Positions 27,587 through 37,668 of a DNA stretch of 64,000 bases are shown piece after piece (position 1 is the first letter of the stretch; every line of letters begins with the position of its first letter). Under the pieces are notes generated by a model. That model searched no databases, had not been told where the DNA came from, and saw only the letters and a list, made by a program, of their open reading frames with translations. The position numbers and the translations under genes were made by a program. This DNA comes from a phage: the NCBI GenBank assembly GCA_027262695.1, contig GCA_027262695.1_4722.1; one strand, given 5' to 3'.

Positions 27587-28681
27587 ATGTTTCGTGTTTT
27601 AAATAACCTCCCGCGAACATCATCGGGTGTGCAACCCATCCCTCAGAAAGACTACCTAATACGCGAAGTGCAAAGAAACCTACAGACAATCCAGAACCAC
27701 TACCAAGGGTTTACCTTCGCGGTTCAGAGCGATCACATCCTTGCATTGCTGCTCGCACAGCTCCCTATGAGATACGACATCTCAGTACAAACTTACTACG
27801 ACATGATCGCTGACCTTACACCAGAATTGGGGAATCGCGTTAAACTAACAACAGCGCGATACGCGGGTAAGTTATTTAACGGTGCGTTCTATCCGGGATT
27901 GCATGAAGCGATCATTGCAACCAGTGAAAGCCGTCTTATATCGCGTGACGTTCTCGATAACTGGCGTAACTGGTCTCCGGTCAGAATCGTGACACACCCC
28001 TACGCGAATCTTCGCTATATCCCTCTACATCGAAAACCGGTTGAAGAAGGACGGGGTTTTGCGGTCATCATGATCGATGTACCTTTATTAGCGTTGCAGT
28101 ATCGCATGTGGTCATTAGTCATGGGTCACAACGTCGATGGTAAATGGGTGGTTAAAGAACCTGTTACAAGTTTCATTGCCAGTTTTCCTTTGGTCAATGC
28201 ATTATACACACACAACGACGTGGCTATCCGCAATCGTTGCTTATGGGTACCTCCGGCTAAGAATCCGCTCAAGTCACCGATTTACGTCAACGATCTGGAT
28301 AACGTTTTCAGTCAAGTGGTGCTGACCGTCCAACATCAGCTATTACGAAGAAAACGTAGTTACACCGATATGTTGAAACAGATACCGAGTTTATACGAGG
28401 ATCAATTTCAAGCAACACGCATGGGTTACACCATCGATCTTCGACAAACACGGTGGGCAAGGGATCTCGGATGTTTGTCTTTATGGCAACAGCTTGTTAC
28501 CTTGCAAAACGTTTCAGAAAGCGTCGGCTTCAGTAGTCAAACCGACAACGACTTATATCGTGCAGCCGATCGAAGTCTAAAAGAAGGGAATTGGGAATCG
28601 TCTCCTTTACCCGGTGATCTACGACGCGAGGTTATCGCACAGGTTGCTGATCTTTTAAAAATACTTCCCGCTGGTGCATAA
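27587..28681 (+). CDS. hypothetical protein (364 aa)
   Basis: Plus-strand ORF with an ACGGAG RBS, divergent from the 632 aa gene; bidirectional hairpin downstream. Confidence 0.5.
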   Translation: MFRVLNNLPRTSSGVQPIPQKDYLIREVQRNLQTIQNHYQGFTFAVQSDHILALLLAQLPMRYDISVQTYYDMIADLTPELGNRVKLTTARYAGKLFNGAFYPGLHEAIIATSESRLISRDVLDNWRNWSPVRIVTHPYANLRYIPLHRKPVEEGRGFAVIMIDVPLLALQYRMWSLVMGHNVDGKWVVKEPVTSFIASFPLVNALYTHNDVAIRNRCLWVPPAKNPLKSPIYVNDLDNVFSQVVLTVQHQLLRRKRSYTDMLKQIPSLYEDQFQATRMGYTIDLRQTRWARDLGCLSLWQQLVTLQNVSESVGFSSQTDNDLYRAADRSLKEGNWESSPLPGDLRREVIAQVADLLKILPAGA

Positions 28682-28683
28682 TC

Positions 28684-28716
28684 CCCTCCTCCTTCCCTGA
28701 TGGGTTGGAGGAGGGT
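28684..28716. terminator. Bidirectional terminator hairpin (CCCTCCTCC / GGAGGAGGG)
   Basis: Between the convergent gene ends at 28681 (+) and 28721 (-). Confidence 0.55.
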
Positions 28717-28720
28717 TATG

Positions 28721-30874
28721 TTACTCTGCGGTTTCTTTTTTCGGTTGGTAGCTTGCAGCGATATCTTGGGCTAACAGTGTGTTGTTCTTATTCGAAATGA
28801 AAATACCGTAACTTTCCATTAATGCGTAATACGAGCGAACGAGTGTAGAAATCAATCGACGAATATCCATACCTTGGATGAAAATATCGGGAAGCCCAGA
28901 GGCTTCGATCACCGGTAATGGTATCGTTAAATTGCTTATCGTTTTCTTATCGTTACGTACAATCCAATCACGGAAACGTTGTTGTAACCCTTTATCCTCC
29001 CAGGAATCAATCCAATCATTAAGAAGCGTTTTGTTCTTCGTTGCCAATGGTACACGAACCCCAACATAAGGCGGTTCAGGGCAATGGCCGTACGATTGCG
29101 CAAACACCTCTTCCCACATGTCGTACGACTGCTTGGTAACCGCAACATGTGGTTTTACTTTAACGCGTGTTAAGAAATCAGGATCGCCGCGTTTCATCGA
29201 TTCCACGATTTCGTTTTCTAACGCGATGATATCATCAAGTACTAATCTGATACTGATCTTCTCGTTACGTAACAGTTTATCCATGATACCGCACATCATG
29301 CGCTCAACACGTTGTACGATCATTTTTGGTGCTGATGCGTCACGCATAACGGGACCTTTCAATTCCAGTTTCGGCGGATTGATTGGAACCCCTTCACGCA
29401 TGGTCATGTAACCGTAATAGTTTTTACCCATTGAAGTCAACGACAGAATCAAGAACATATACTCGTTCTTCATTTCCATCACGTACATATGCTCTTTCGC
29501 GACGCCGATATTACCCGAACACATTGCCATCAGATGAACCGTAATCTGCGTAACCAGGTAGATAAGCGTATTCGCTAAGCGCGTTGAAATCGGATTGATC
29601 TCCATGTTGCCAAACCGCCACTGAACCCACTCCTGACAGGTAAATACCGTTGAGTCGGTATCGGACAACACACCCACTTCACGGATGGCTGACGGAAACG
29701 CATAAACACCCGCGGGTTGGTTCTCGGTGCGCCAGAACGCCATAATCAGGTCAGCGTAACTCTGGATACGTTGTAACATTAATTTTGTCGTGGCAGCGGT
29801 AAGACGATAACCCAGTTCGTTGCCTTTTTCTAACGCAACGTAAATCGCTTCACCATTTAAGAACTCGGTACACTGTGCTGTAATCCAGGCAACCGTGTTA
29901 TTATCCATGGAGGCGATAATGGCTTTCGCCTCTTCCATCGTTTCAACAGGTTCGGTGGCCAATTCACATAACGAATCAAGGAAACCACAAACAAACTCAG
30001 GATTCAGTTCACGCAACGAATACAAGTTGTTACTATACATGTAACAGGCGCGTTCCAACGGCGTTAAACCGTTAATCAACTCCTGAATAACCAGTTCTTT
30101 TTCCGGGTCGAAAATATAGCGATGCAGGCATTTTGATACATTAGCCCAAACCTCTTCCGGTGTAGGGTAATGTAGCTGGTATTTTACCATCACCTGCTCA
30201 ATGGCTTTACGATCGCTGTTACGGACAATGCTTACGATATTTTCAATCGCGATATCACAATCGTAATAATGAAAATTACCCGCCAGGAACCGCTCGTTAT
30301 TCGCATTCGCCGAACCGGAAGCGCATCGGCATGTCGTGGTTAAACTCGGATGTGCGATCGGGTTATAAAACGGATTGAATTTAGATGCCTGTGTTCCCGA
30401 CAAACTGTTGTTGTCTAACTTGGTGTTAGTCTGTCGTTTATCATGCAGTTCCGCTTCGTCTTTACGTCCATGTGCTTGTGCAATAGACATTTGTTTCTTT
30501 TGTTTCTTACGCAACTTACCGTTTTCAACCGCGAAGTCGCTTAACACACTGGAACGTGTTTCACGTGGATAACAGTTCGCCCATACCGGGGTAATGATTA
30601 AATTATTTTCTTTGATATCGTTGATATACTGACTGAACTTAATAACTTCTTTTTCTCGGTTTCCTTCGGTACGTTGTGTTAAAACAAGACAGTCAGGATC
30701 AACCATCCCGTGTGCACCACCTGGCTTGATAGTATCAAGTACGAACCGTAATGCTTCTTGTTGAGAAATACCACGCATGCGCATTAAGAACAGGGTATAA
30801 TCCTGCACCGCTTCTTTGGTCATATCCAACGTACGACCGTATCCGTTTTCATCGTAAAAGAACGGATTTTCCAT
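28721..30874 (-). CDS. putative divergent family-B-like DNA polymerase (catalytic region)
   Basis: 'GVLSDTDSTVF' resembles pol B motif C (YGDTDS), followed about 70 aa later by 'SMGKNYYGY' (KxY-like). Motif A and B assignments ('YSNNLYSL', 'KLMLQRIQSYA') are weak; the motif A-like segment lacks the catalytic Asp. Confidence 0.3.
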   Translation of the reverse strand: MENPFFYDENGYGRTLDMTKEAVQDYTLFLMRMRGISQQEALRFVLDTIKPGGAHGMVDPDCLVLTQRTEGNREKEVIKFSQYINDIKENNLIITPVWANCYPRETRSSVLSDFAVENGKLRKKQKKQMSIAQAHGRKDEAELHDKRQTNTKLDNNSLSGTQASKFNPFYNPIAHPSLTTTCRCASGSANANNERFLAGNFHYYDCDIAIENIVSIVRNSDRKAIEQVMVKYQLHYPTPEEVWANVSKCLHRYIFDPEKELVIQELINGLTPLERACYMYSNNLYSLRELNPEFVCGFLDSLCELATEPVETMEEAKAIIASMDNNTVAWITAQCTEFLNGEAIYVALEKGNELGYRLTAATTKLMLQRIQSYADLIMAFWRTENQPAGVYAFPSAIREVGVLSDTDSTVFTCQEWVQWRFGNMEINPISTRLANTLIYLVTQITVHLMAMCSGNIGVAKEHMYVMEMKNEYMFLILSLTSMGKNYYGYMTMREGVPINPPKLELKGPVMRDASAPKMIVQRVERMMCGIMDKLLRNEKISIRLVLDDIIALENEIVESMKRGDPDFLTRVKVKPHVAVTKQSYDMWEEVFAQSYGHCPEPPYVGVRVPLATKNKTLLNDWIDSWEDKGLQQRFRDWIVRNDKKTISNLTIPLPVIEASGLPDIFIQGMDIRRLISTLVRSYYALMESYGIFISNKNNTLLAQDIAASYQPKKETAE

Positions 30875-31185
30875 AAACCCTCCAAAAGTCGTATAGCCTA
30901 TCTACATCATCTCGTATATCTGTTAAAAAAGAAAGACGGCATAAAAAAGAACCGATCCAGCCGAAGCCAGATCGGTTGAAAGGATAATTAATAACAGGGA
31001 AATGAAAGTGTGACTGAAAGATATCGATGATGTTCGTGAAATAAGATCTTCTCGTCTACAGTGATGCCAGATCAGAGGGAGGTTGTAAACGAGAGACGGT
31101 TCACTAAAGGAGTAACAAACGCGAACCTATCTTATTTCACCGATGGCGCTAACCACTCAAAATATATAGTACCATATGTAAAAGT

Positions 31186-31599
31186 TTACTGATTAATCAA
31201 GTCGTTAGCAACGATCTTGGTGTAACCTGCTTGATTAAGAATCTGATTAATTTTCGTCACATCGGTTGCATCATCAATAACGATGCTGGGTTTATAAATC
31301 AACGTCTTGGTAACAACGATCGTACTCTCCTTAATCCAGGGAATCCCTAGGATCACATACTCGCCATCAGCGGTGATGACCTCAACGTAGTTATATTTCG
31401 TTGGATCATTCGGAACGCTAGACGGAAGCCGGGAATAGATCTGCTGATGGATAGCGTCAACATCACGGCCGTTACGTACAGCGGTACGGTAGTTGTATAC
31501 CGCACTAATTTCCACTCCGTTGAAGTTAACCCCAAGTTCTGAGGCGTACACATCAAAACTCACAACAGAGCCAATCTTTTCTAAATCAGAAGCTGGCAT
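31186..31599 (-). CDS. hypothetical protein (137 aa)
   Basis: ORF on the dominant strand. Confidence 0.45.
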   Translation of the reverse strand: MPASDLEKIGSVVSFDVYASELGVNFNGVEISAVYNYRTAVRNGRDVDAIHQQIYSRLPSSVPNDPTKYNYVEVITADGEYVILGIPWIKESTIVVTKTLIYKPSIVIDDATDVTKINQILNQAGYTKIVANDLINQ

Positions 31600-31610
31600 A
31601 ATAGCATCCT

Positions 31611-32009
31611 TTATTCAAAAATGTATTCATATCCGAACGTTGTCGCTGACCAAACTCGGATAGATGATAATGTTCCGCCACGATAAAACGTTTTTGTAAA
31701 CTCCATATCCTGGACAACACGATAGTAAACACGTGCGATGATACGTACGACAAGATTTCGTGATAACGATCTCTCTTCGCAGTATTCGTCGATAAAGTCA
31801 TCGTCGATATCCGATAAGACAACATCTGCGATTTCTTGCAGGAGATTCCTCATCAGCATCTGCTTTCCTTCGATACCCCATCCAGACAAACAGTAATCGT
31901 CTTCTGCCTGACTGTAGATGTCATAGACCGCCTGTTCAAGCAGTTGCTCAAGATAGTGATCATCGCGTTTTATAACGTGGCGACGGCGCTCAGAGGCGTA
32001 TTTTTCCAT
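31611..32009 (-). CDS. hypothetical protein (132 aa)
   Basis: ORF on the dominant strand. Confidence 0.45.
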   Translation of the reverse strand: MEKYASERRRHVIKRDDHYLEQLLEQAVYDIYSQAEDDYCLSGWGIEGKQMLMRNLLQEIADVVLSDIDDDFIDEYCEERSLSRNLVVRIIARVYYRVVQDMEFTKTFYRGGTLSSIRVWSATTFGYEYIFE

Positions 32010-32452
32010 CCTGTGTTTCTCTTGTTAGGCGTATGTATTAACGACGCCACCGTCTTTTCTGGATCATCCCATAATGCGCGACGAAAACTGGACACCACCA
32101 TAACGGTAGGATAGATCTGTACGACCTCCCAACCGTAACGATGCGCATTCGTCGTGCGCCCAACATTGAACAAACACAATTGATTTAAGAAACAGAGCTG
32201 CATCTTCGTAAACAACAGCGTGTCTTCACGTTTCACGTAACCGAGGATGTAGGCGTTCTCGAACGCTTCACGTGCTAAGACAGGACGGTTAAGATAACGT
32301 AGCGACAACACCAACAACGCAGTGATACGCAACGGATCTTCGGGTCCTTTTAAATCATTCAGCTCGTTCTGCAACCAATCCGGAATCGCCACCGTTAGGC
32401 GATAGGTGTCTGTTCCACGGTCAACCACATTTAATGTTGAAAAAGGCAACAT
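31970..32452 (-). CDS. hypothetical protein (160 aa)
   Basis: ORF on the dominant strand; short overlaps with neighbours. Confidence 0.45.
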   Translation of the reverse strand: MLPFSTLNVVDRGTDTYRLTVAIPDWLQNELNDLKGPEDPLRITALLVLSLRYLNRPVLAREAFENAYILGYVKREDTLLFTKMQLCFLNQLCLFNVGRTTNAHRYGWEVVQIYPTVMVVSSFRRALWDDPEKTVASLIHTPNKRNTGWKNTPLSAVATL

Positions 32453-32933
32453 ACCCGTGAATTCCTTCTAACTCGAGGTCGTTCTCGTCGGTTTTCGGTA
32501 AAAGTCCGTTAGCTGCCAGCATCCTTGTCATCGCGCCATCGAAGCACGGGAAGATAAGGTTAATAGTTTCATTAATCGCATCAACGTAGCTATACACCGC
32601 TTCGAAGTAATCGCCGTCATGATCGATACTCACCAGATCTTGACATAGGTCTTCGGCAATCGTTTCATATACCGGCGGATACCACGAATGAAACGGTCGC
32701 TGCATACGTAACGACCAATACTCATACGTCGTATACTGAAGCACGTCATAGGCTGATACGTTAATGCAGTCAAAGAAAGCATACGTGTCCATGTGTTGGT
32801 ACAACATCGCCAACACGGTTTCCAAACACACAGCTATCCGCACGCCATCATCTTTCCCGTTAAGGAAATTCGGTTTCTGCCGGTAACGCACGAATGCCGA
32901 TAGCCTTGATTGTACTATTCCACCACCAACCAT
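32421..32933 (-). CDS. hypothetical protein (about 170 aa)
   Basis: Start trimmed to the internal Met at 32931-32933 to avoid a 130 nt overlap with the upstream gene. Confidence 0.4.
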   Translation of the reverse strand: MVGGGIVQSRLSAFVRYRQKPNFLNGKDDGVRIAVCLETVLAMLYQHMDTYAFFDCINVSAYDVLQYTTYEYWSLRMQRPFHSWYPPVYETIAEDLCQDLVSIDHDGDYFEAVYSYVDAINETINLIFPCFDGAMTRMLAANGLLPKTDENDLELEGIHGYVAFFNIKCG

Positions 32934-33472
32934 AATGTCATACTCGTATCTAACGTGAAATTGAAATGCCACCAATCTTCCACGCGTGGAATCCAGGTGC
33001 GGAGGATCTGATGAACCTCGCTTCGCATCACGGACAACCGACAACGGAAATCAAACTTCTCATCACGGCCGTAGTCTTCATGCAGGAAAACTTCATCCAA
33101 AACAAACTCAAGTTGTGTATCGACATCACGACCCGAGATATTTCGTTTGTACAGATAAAGTTCAATCGTGTCATAAAGCAACGTATGGATATCGTAATTG
33201 CCATTCGGTGAGAAATAAGGTAAGCGCTCATCGAACATCAAAAACAGATATTCACTGTAGTTTAAGAACGGGATGATGTACCGACGTCCTGTCTGTGGTG
33301 CGCGAATATGTATCGAAACCTGACCTGGACGCGGAATCGCCGACGGTTTAGCATCGTCTCTCTGAAATTGCTCTAAAGATCGCAACAAAGGTGGCCGCAT
33401 TGTAACTCTCCAACGCCCAATTGTAAGGCCCTTCCAACATATGTTCCCATACGTGAATAAACTCACTACCAA
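32915..33472 (-). CDS. hypothetical protein (185 aa)
   Basis: ORF on the dominant strand. Confidence 0.45.
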   Translation of the reverse strand: MVVSLFTYGNICWKGLTIGRWRVTMRPPLLRSLEQFQRDDAKPSAIPRPGQVSIHIRAPQTGRRYIIPFLNYSEYLFLMFDERLPYFSPNGNYDIHTLLYDTIELYLYKRNISGRDVDTQLEFVLDEVFLHEDYGRDEKFDFRCRLSVMRSEVHQILRTWIPRVEDWWHFNFTLDTSMTLWLVVE

Positions 33473-33977
33473 AAACCGGTTCTAACGTCATCGTAAGATG
33501 CGTAAGTTCAGAAGCTGCAGCGTGATACGCGTCCACGTGTCTTTCCATCGAAGGTTCGTCTTCGTTGAAAATCCGCTCGGTATCACCAGCGCATTCAATA
33601 AGTTCGGTAATGAGATCGATCCAGGTTTCGTGGCATGTCAGCGTTTCCTGTTCTCGACTTTGTATGCCGATGTCGGCGTGTACGCTGGACTCGAACCGGT
33701 CGAAAAGGACCCGAAGAACGTGCACCTTGTCGATGTATTTCACCGTTATCCAGGAAAGCGGTTGCCATCGACTCAGCATCCATCCGGTGCTCGGGAACCC
33801 CAAACTCATATAGTACGGGTTGCACGGGGCCAAGGACGGAACGGCGTTGTTTGTAGCGTTCCTTAACGGCGAGGCCTTGTTTAACATAAATGGGTTCATT
33901 GGCGAGTTCTGCGGCTTTTCGTTTTGCGTGGGCCAATCGAAGTTCTTCCAATTGTCCAAGCCATTCAAATTGTTCAT
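33348..33977 (-). CDS. hypothetical protein (start uncertain)
   Basis: Overlaps the 3' end of the next ORF by about 380 nt in another frame; its N-terminal part looks non-coding-like, so the true start is probably internal. Confidence 0.35.
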   Translation of the reverse strand: MNNLNGLDNWKNFDWPTQNEKPQNSPMNPFMLNKASPLRNATNNAVPSLAPCNPYYMSLGFPSTGWMLSRWQPLSWITVKYIDKVHVLRVLFDRFESSVHADIGIQSREQETLTCHETWIDLITELIECAGDTERIFNEDEPSMERHVDAYHAAASELTHLTMTLEPVFGSEFIHVWEHMLEGPYNWALESYNAATFVAIFRAISERRC

Positions 33978-34572
33978 CTGTTAGCTCCTGGGGACGTTCA
34001 ACAACCACGCCCGATGGGCAGACATTGATCGTAATGTTAATTGATGGCATCGCCATCACGCGAGGATGACTGTTGCGCATCCGAACAACGTGTTGACCTG
34101 CATTCTTACGATCGACATGAAATTCTGTTTCCTTAAAGTCAAAGGCTTGTACAGGAACAGGTTTCCTTTTACGTTTCGGAACGCGGCCAAGATCGACGAT
34201 GAAAATGTAATCACAAACACGCTCGACCCCATAAACACGATTTTCAGACCAACTCTTACCGAATACATTCGGATGGTAATACGACAAATACTCGGTTACC
34301 ATTCCCTGGACAAGATCGAAGTCTTCTCGAAATTCAGGTTGGTACCAAATCGGACCGAGGATTTCTGCAAACGCTTCATGTCGATAGCGGCAATCATGCC
34401 GTGTCCAGGGCATTCTCTGATTAAGATCGAAATCCACCAACAATTCGGTTAATTGCAGTTTTGCCTTCGGAGAAAGCTGGCGTTGATGATGCAAACTCAG
34501 GCAATCGATAAGCGGTAACGAAACCCACGACGCTAACGTATACAAATCGATCCTGGCTAATCTCTTGGTCAT
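33595..34572 (-). CDS. hypothetical protein (3' end uncertain)
   Basis: The Arg-rich C-terminal tail 'RPVRVQRTRRHRHTKSRTG' looks like out-of-frame read-through; possible frameshift or true overlap with the downstream ORF. Confidence 0.4.
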   Translation of the reverse strand: MTKRLARIDLYTLASWVSLPLIDCLSLHHQRQLSPKAKLQLTELLVDFDLNQRMPWTRHDCRYRHEAFAEILGPIWYQPEFREDFDLVQGMVTEYLSYYHPNVFGKSWSENRVYGVERVCDYIFIVDLGRVPKRKRKPVPVQAFDFKETEFHVDRKNAGQHVVRMRNSHPRVMAMPSINITINVCPSGVVVERPQELTDEQFEWLGQLEELRLAHAKRKAAELANEPIYVKQGLAVKERYKQRRSVLGPVQPVLYEFGVPEHRMDAESMATAFLDNGEIHRQGARSSGPFRPVRVQRTRRHRHTKSRTGNADMPRNLDRSHYRTY

Positions 34573-34663
34573 ACTCTTTTCCTAAGTCCCCATTGTTTAT
34601 ACACACGATATCTGGGAATAGTTAAAATATACGGCGTAAAACGAAACAGGAGAGTTTCTCGCG

Positions 34664-34984
34664 CTATTTTCTTCCTCTTTTGATACAACCGATACCCCTT
34701 TCATTTAAAGCCCCCCAGGCGCGGTTTATTTCATCTTCTGTTGCTCGCGTATCTCGCGGAACCACCATCACGCAGTCTTCTATCGGCCAATGCGTCGGTC
34801 GAGGATCAGCAAATAAATCGTCCCACTCAAACGTCCATTTCCTCTTCGAACGGTTATAGTAAAGCGTGAGGTACGTACGCGTATACGCTGGGTAGCCTTG
34901 TAACACGGCGAAGTCTTTTCGATCCTGATGTGCTTGATTCCATTCGTTAAAACGGTTTCTTATTCTTGTCCACCATTTTCCCAT
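34664..34984 (-). CDS. hypothetical protein (106 aa)
   Basis: ORF on the dominant strand. Confidence 0.45.
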   Translation of the reverse strand: MGKWWTRIRNRFNEWNQAHQDRKDFAVLQGYPAYTRTYLTLYYNRSKRKWTFEWDDLFADPRPTHWPIEDCVMVVPRDTRATEDEINRAWGALNERGIGCIKRGRK

Positions 34985-35041
34985 AAACTCTCCTACACGG
35001 CATAAAAGCCTGCCCCGAAGGACAGGCTCATCATGATACTT

Positions 35042-35239
35042 TTAACCTTCCATCTTCAATGAGGGATGGTTGACGATATGTGCATGTTTGGTTGGGTCGT
35101 ACGACTGATAAGGGAAATAGCCATGCCATTGACGGCCTTGACATTTCGTACACAGGAACTGACCATCACGGCGTTGATGCTCGTAGGCCAGTTCAGTGCT
35201 ATCAACGTGACCGCAACGTTCGCAGATAAACAGCGACAT
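35042..35239 (-). CDS. small zinc-ribbon protein (65 aa)
   Basis: Two CxxC pairs: 'CERCGH ... CTKCQG'. Confidence 0.45.
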   Translation of the reverse strand: MSLFICERCGHVDSTELAYEHQRRDGQFLCTKCQGRQWHGYFPYQSYDPTKHAHIVNHPSLKMEG

Positions 35240-35255
35240 AGCGCATCTCCATGGA

Positions 35256-36236
35256 TTAGAAAAGCAAGAAACCGCTGTTCTTCGCTTCCGCTACGGTTTC
35301 ATCACCCACCTTCGGTGCTTGTTGACGTGCGTTACGATGTTCAACAAAACGTTTTGCTTCGTCCGCGATTTGTTTGATAATACCCCCTAAACGATCGGTG
35401 CTTAATACGAACGATGTCGCTTCACGAATCGGGCTGCTTTCCGGCACAAAACCATCACAGCTATAAATAGCATTAACACCCATGACTTTCGTCGCGTCTT
35501 TCGGATACAACGTACAGAAAGCAATCGGGCTATCATGCTCTTTGGTCCACTCGTATCCCATGAACGTGTTCAATTCGGTGATGGTCGGTTCCAAACCGGT
35601 AACACGAGGATGGTTTAAGAAGTTCTCCAGATCAGCGCTATCCAAGCGACGGTTCTCACCAGAGAACAACACACAGAGTTGGCTGATAACGATCTGGACA
35701 TCCAGGTTAACGTCTTGCTCTGATTTTCCGTTTTCGCCATTCATGTGGTAGCTGACAATCACAGGACGTTTCAACCCTTCTGCGGCTGCCATCAGTCCTT
35801 TGAACGTACGGTCAGCATTGATGGTCTGACGTTCATCGTCAAAGGAGGCAACGATACAGCAAACAACACGCTCACCGCGTTCCAGCAGGTTAGCGACCAG
35901 CGCAGGGCCTGCAACGGAACCCGAACCACCGCTTAAGCTGAAGACGACGATGTTGAATTTACCTGGCGTATGCTTATTAAGAATACCTGGGATTTGTGAG
36001 CAGATCAGTTCAGCATTCTCATCGCGTTTCTTACCGGAACCATCAAGCTCGCGGCCTGCTGCATCTTTAAAGATGTAAATGTGATCATCGTCCAGTGCGC
36101 TATCACGTAGGTTAGCACGGCTGGTATCAACATACGTCATGCTGTGTAATCCTTTCGCGACTTCGCCTTCAAATGCTGAGCCGATTTCGCCACCACAACC
36201 ACCAACCGCCCAAATATGTACTTGGTTCTCTTGCAT
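35256..36236 (-). CDS. phuZ: PhuZ-like phage tubulin
   Basis: Tubulin-type GTP-binding loops 'AVGGCGGEIG' and 'FSLSGGSGSVAGP' (cf. PhuZ 'YSLGGGSGSVLGP'); 326 aa matches PhuZ size; AGGAG RBS. Confidence 0.75.
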   Translation of the reverse strand: MQENQVHIWAVGGCGGEIGSAFEGEVAKGLHSMTYVDTSRANLRDSALDDDHIYIFKDAAGRELDGSGKKRDENAELICSQIPGILNKHTPGKFNIVVFSLSGGSGSVAGPALVANLLERGERVVCCIVASFDDERQTINADRTFKGLMAAAEGLKRPVIVSYHMNGENGKSEQDVNLDVQIVISQLCVLFSGENRRLDSADLENFLNHPRVTGLEPTITELNTFMGYEWTKEHDSPIAFCTLYPKDATKVMGVNAIYSCDGFVPESSPIREATSFVLSTDRLGGIIKQIADEAKRFVEHRNARQQAPKVGDETVAEAKNSGFLLF

Positions 36237-36300
36237 GTGAACTCCTAACTTGATATGTATTTAACGCACAATGAATCTTTCTTTACTAAAGGGGTGACCC

Positions 36301-37143
36301 ATGGGTGCTATTGACTACAGTGTCGATCGTATCTGCCGTACAATACCGGCAGATATTCTACAGTATTGCTATATCGATCGTTACGATTGGCGTAACCGCT
36401 ATCCGCGTTCCGTTGAAGATATCATTACCGATTGGGTAATCCGTAAACGGGTTATCGGGGACATCGACATCTACGGGGGACTACAAACCGTTATCCCTCT
36501 TGATGATGCAGGCGTTACGATTGAAGAAGTCACCATTAACTGTTATGTTTTCCATATTCCGCTGGAAGCGACACAGGGACGTTACATCACGTCAGCCTTG
36601 TCGATTATCTCCGGAAGCGTGAATAACTACGGAATCAACTATAACGGTCAATGGGGGGCGTTCAACCAAACCCAGTTCCAACGTCAACTTTGCGGATGGA
36701 ACCCCGCAAGCAACGCATTGCAACAAGGAATGAATGCATTCGGTCCTGTGAACATCCTCAGTACCGCTAACGTTGACATCATCGCACCTAACACCATCAT
36801 GGTGAACAACGTCACACCGGTTCAATTCCCGTTGAGCTTACGCTGTTTCCTTGCCCATGATCCAGAACTAACCAACCTCAGCATGGAAGTCTGGAACGAC
36901 TTTTACAAGCTCTGTTTATACGCCACACAAAGTGACATCTATAACAGAACCGTTATTCGTCTCGATCGTGGTGTTACCGCACAAGGTCAAGAAGTCGGTG
37001 CATTCAAGGAATACATCGATCGCTTCGCTGATGCGGAAAACACCTACCAGGAATTCCTGAACGAGACGTGGGCAGGCGTTGCTGCATGGAACGACCCACA
37101 AACGAAACGTCGGGCAATACGTCTGCAAACCGGTTACTTCTAA
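36301..37143 (+). CDS. hypothetical protein (280 aa)
   Basis: Plus-strand ORF divergent from phuZ, with an RBS-like AAAGGGG upstream. Confidence 0.5.
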   Translation: MGAIDYSVDRICRTIPADILQYCYIDRYDWRNRYPRSVEDIITDWVIRKRVIGDIDIYGGLQTVIPLDDAGVTIEEVTINCYVFHIPLEATQGRYITSALSIISGSVNNYGINYNGQWGAFNQTQFQRQLCGWNPASNALQQGMNAFGPVNILSTANVDIIAPNTIMVNNVTPVQFPLSLRCFLAHDPELTNLSMEVWNDFYKLCLYATQSDIYNRTVIRLDRGVTAQGQEVGAFKEYIDRFADAENTYQEFLNETWAGVAAWNDPQTKRRAIRLQTGYF

Positions 37144-37146
37144 AGA

Positions 37147-37668
37147 CTATGCCGCCTTTTCCAACAATGTTGGTTGAGGCGGTTGTTGTTTGAAAACCAC
37201 CATCATATCAGCAAACATCGCAGCCACAGTCCCTACGGACGTCGCTAACTGAATGCTCAATTCGACATCAGGTGGAAGACAATCAAAATGAACACCGTAT
37301 TGCGTATGTGTCTGTTCAACAACGATACGGGGAACGATCTTGCTCTTAACCGCATCGGTCATGAACAAACGTAAGAACGTTTCACCGTCTTCGCTATCCG
37401 TAAAGCGATACGCGTTACCAGAAAACTCGACGCTTGGCGTAACGATAAACTGCACGCGATCGTCAGTCGGATGGATATTTAGCCACCGTGCAACATCGTC
37501 CGTGTTAACGTTACGCATACTCAGCACGGTATACGCAAACAACGTATCATGGTGTTTAGAATAATGCAGTACATAAGCCGCATCTTTCTTTTTGTGAACC
37601 CCTTCATTGTATTCTATTGTCGTGTAGCCTGATTTATATAGCTTTACTTGCGGTTTCTCGCTCATCAT
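37147..37668 (-). CDS. hypothetical protein (about 173 aa)
   Basis: Start trimmed to the Met at 37666-37668, which forms an ATGA overlap with the stop of the upstream gene. Confidence 0.45.
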   Translation of the reverse strand: MMSEKPQVKLYKSGYTTIEYNEGVHKKKDAAYVLHYSKHHDTLFAYTVLSMRNVNTDDVARWLNIHPTDDRVQFIVTPSVEFSGNAYRFTDSEDGETFLRLFMTDAVKSKIVPRIVVEQTHTQYGVHFDCLPPDVELSIQLATSVGTVAAMFADMMVVFKQQPPQPTLLEKAA

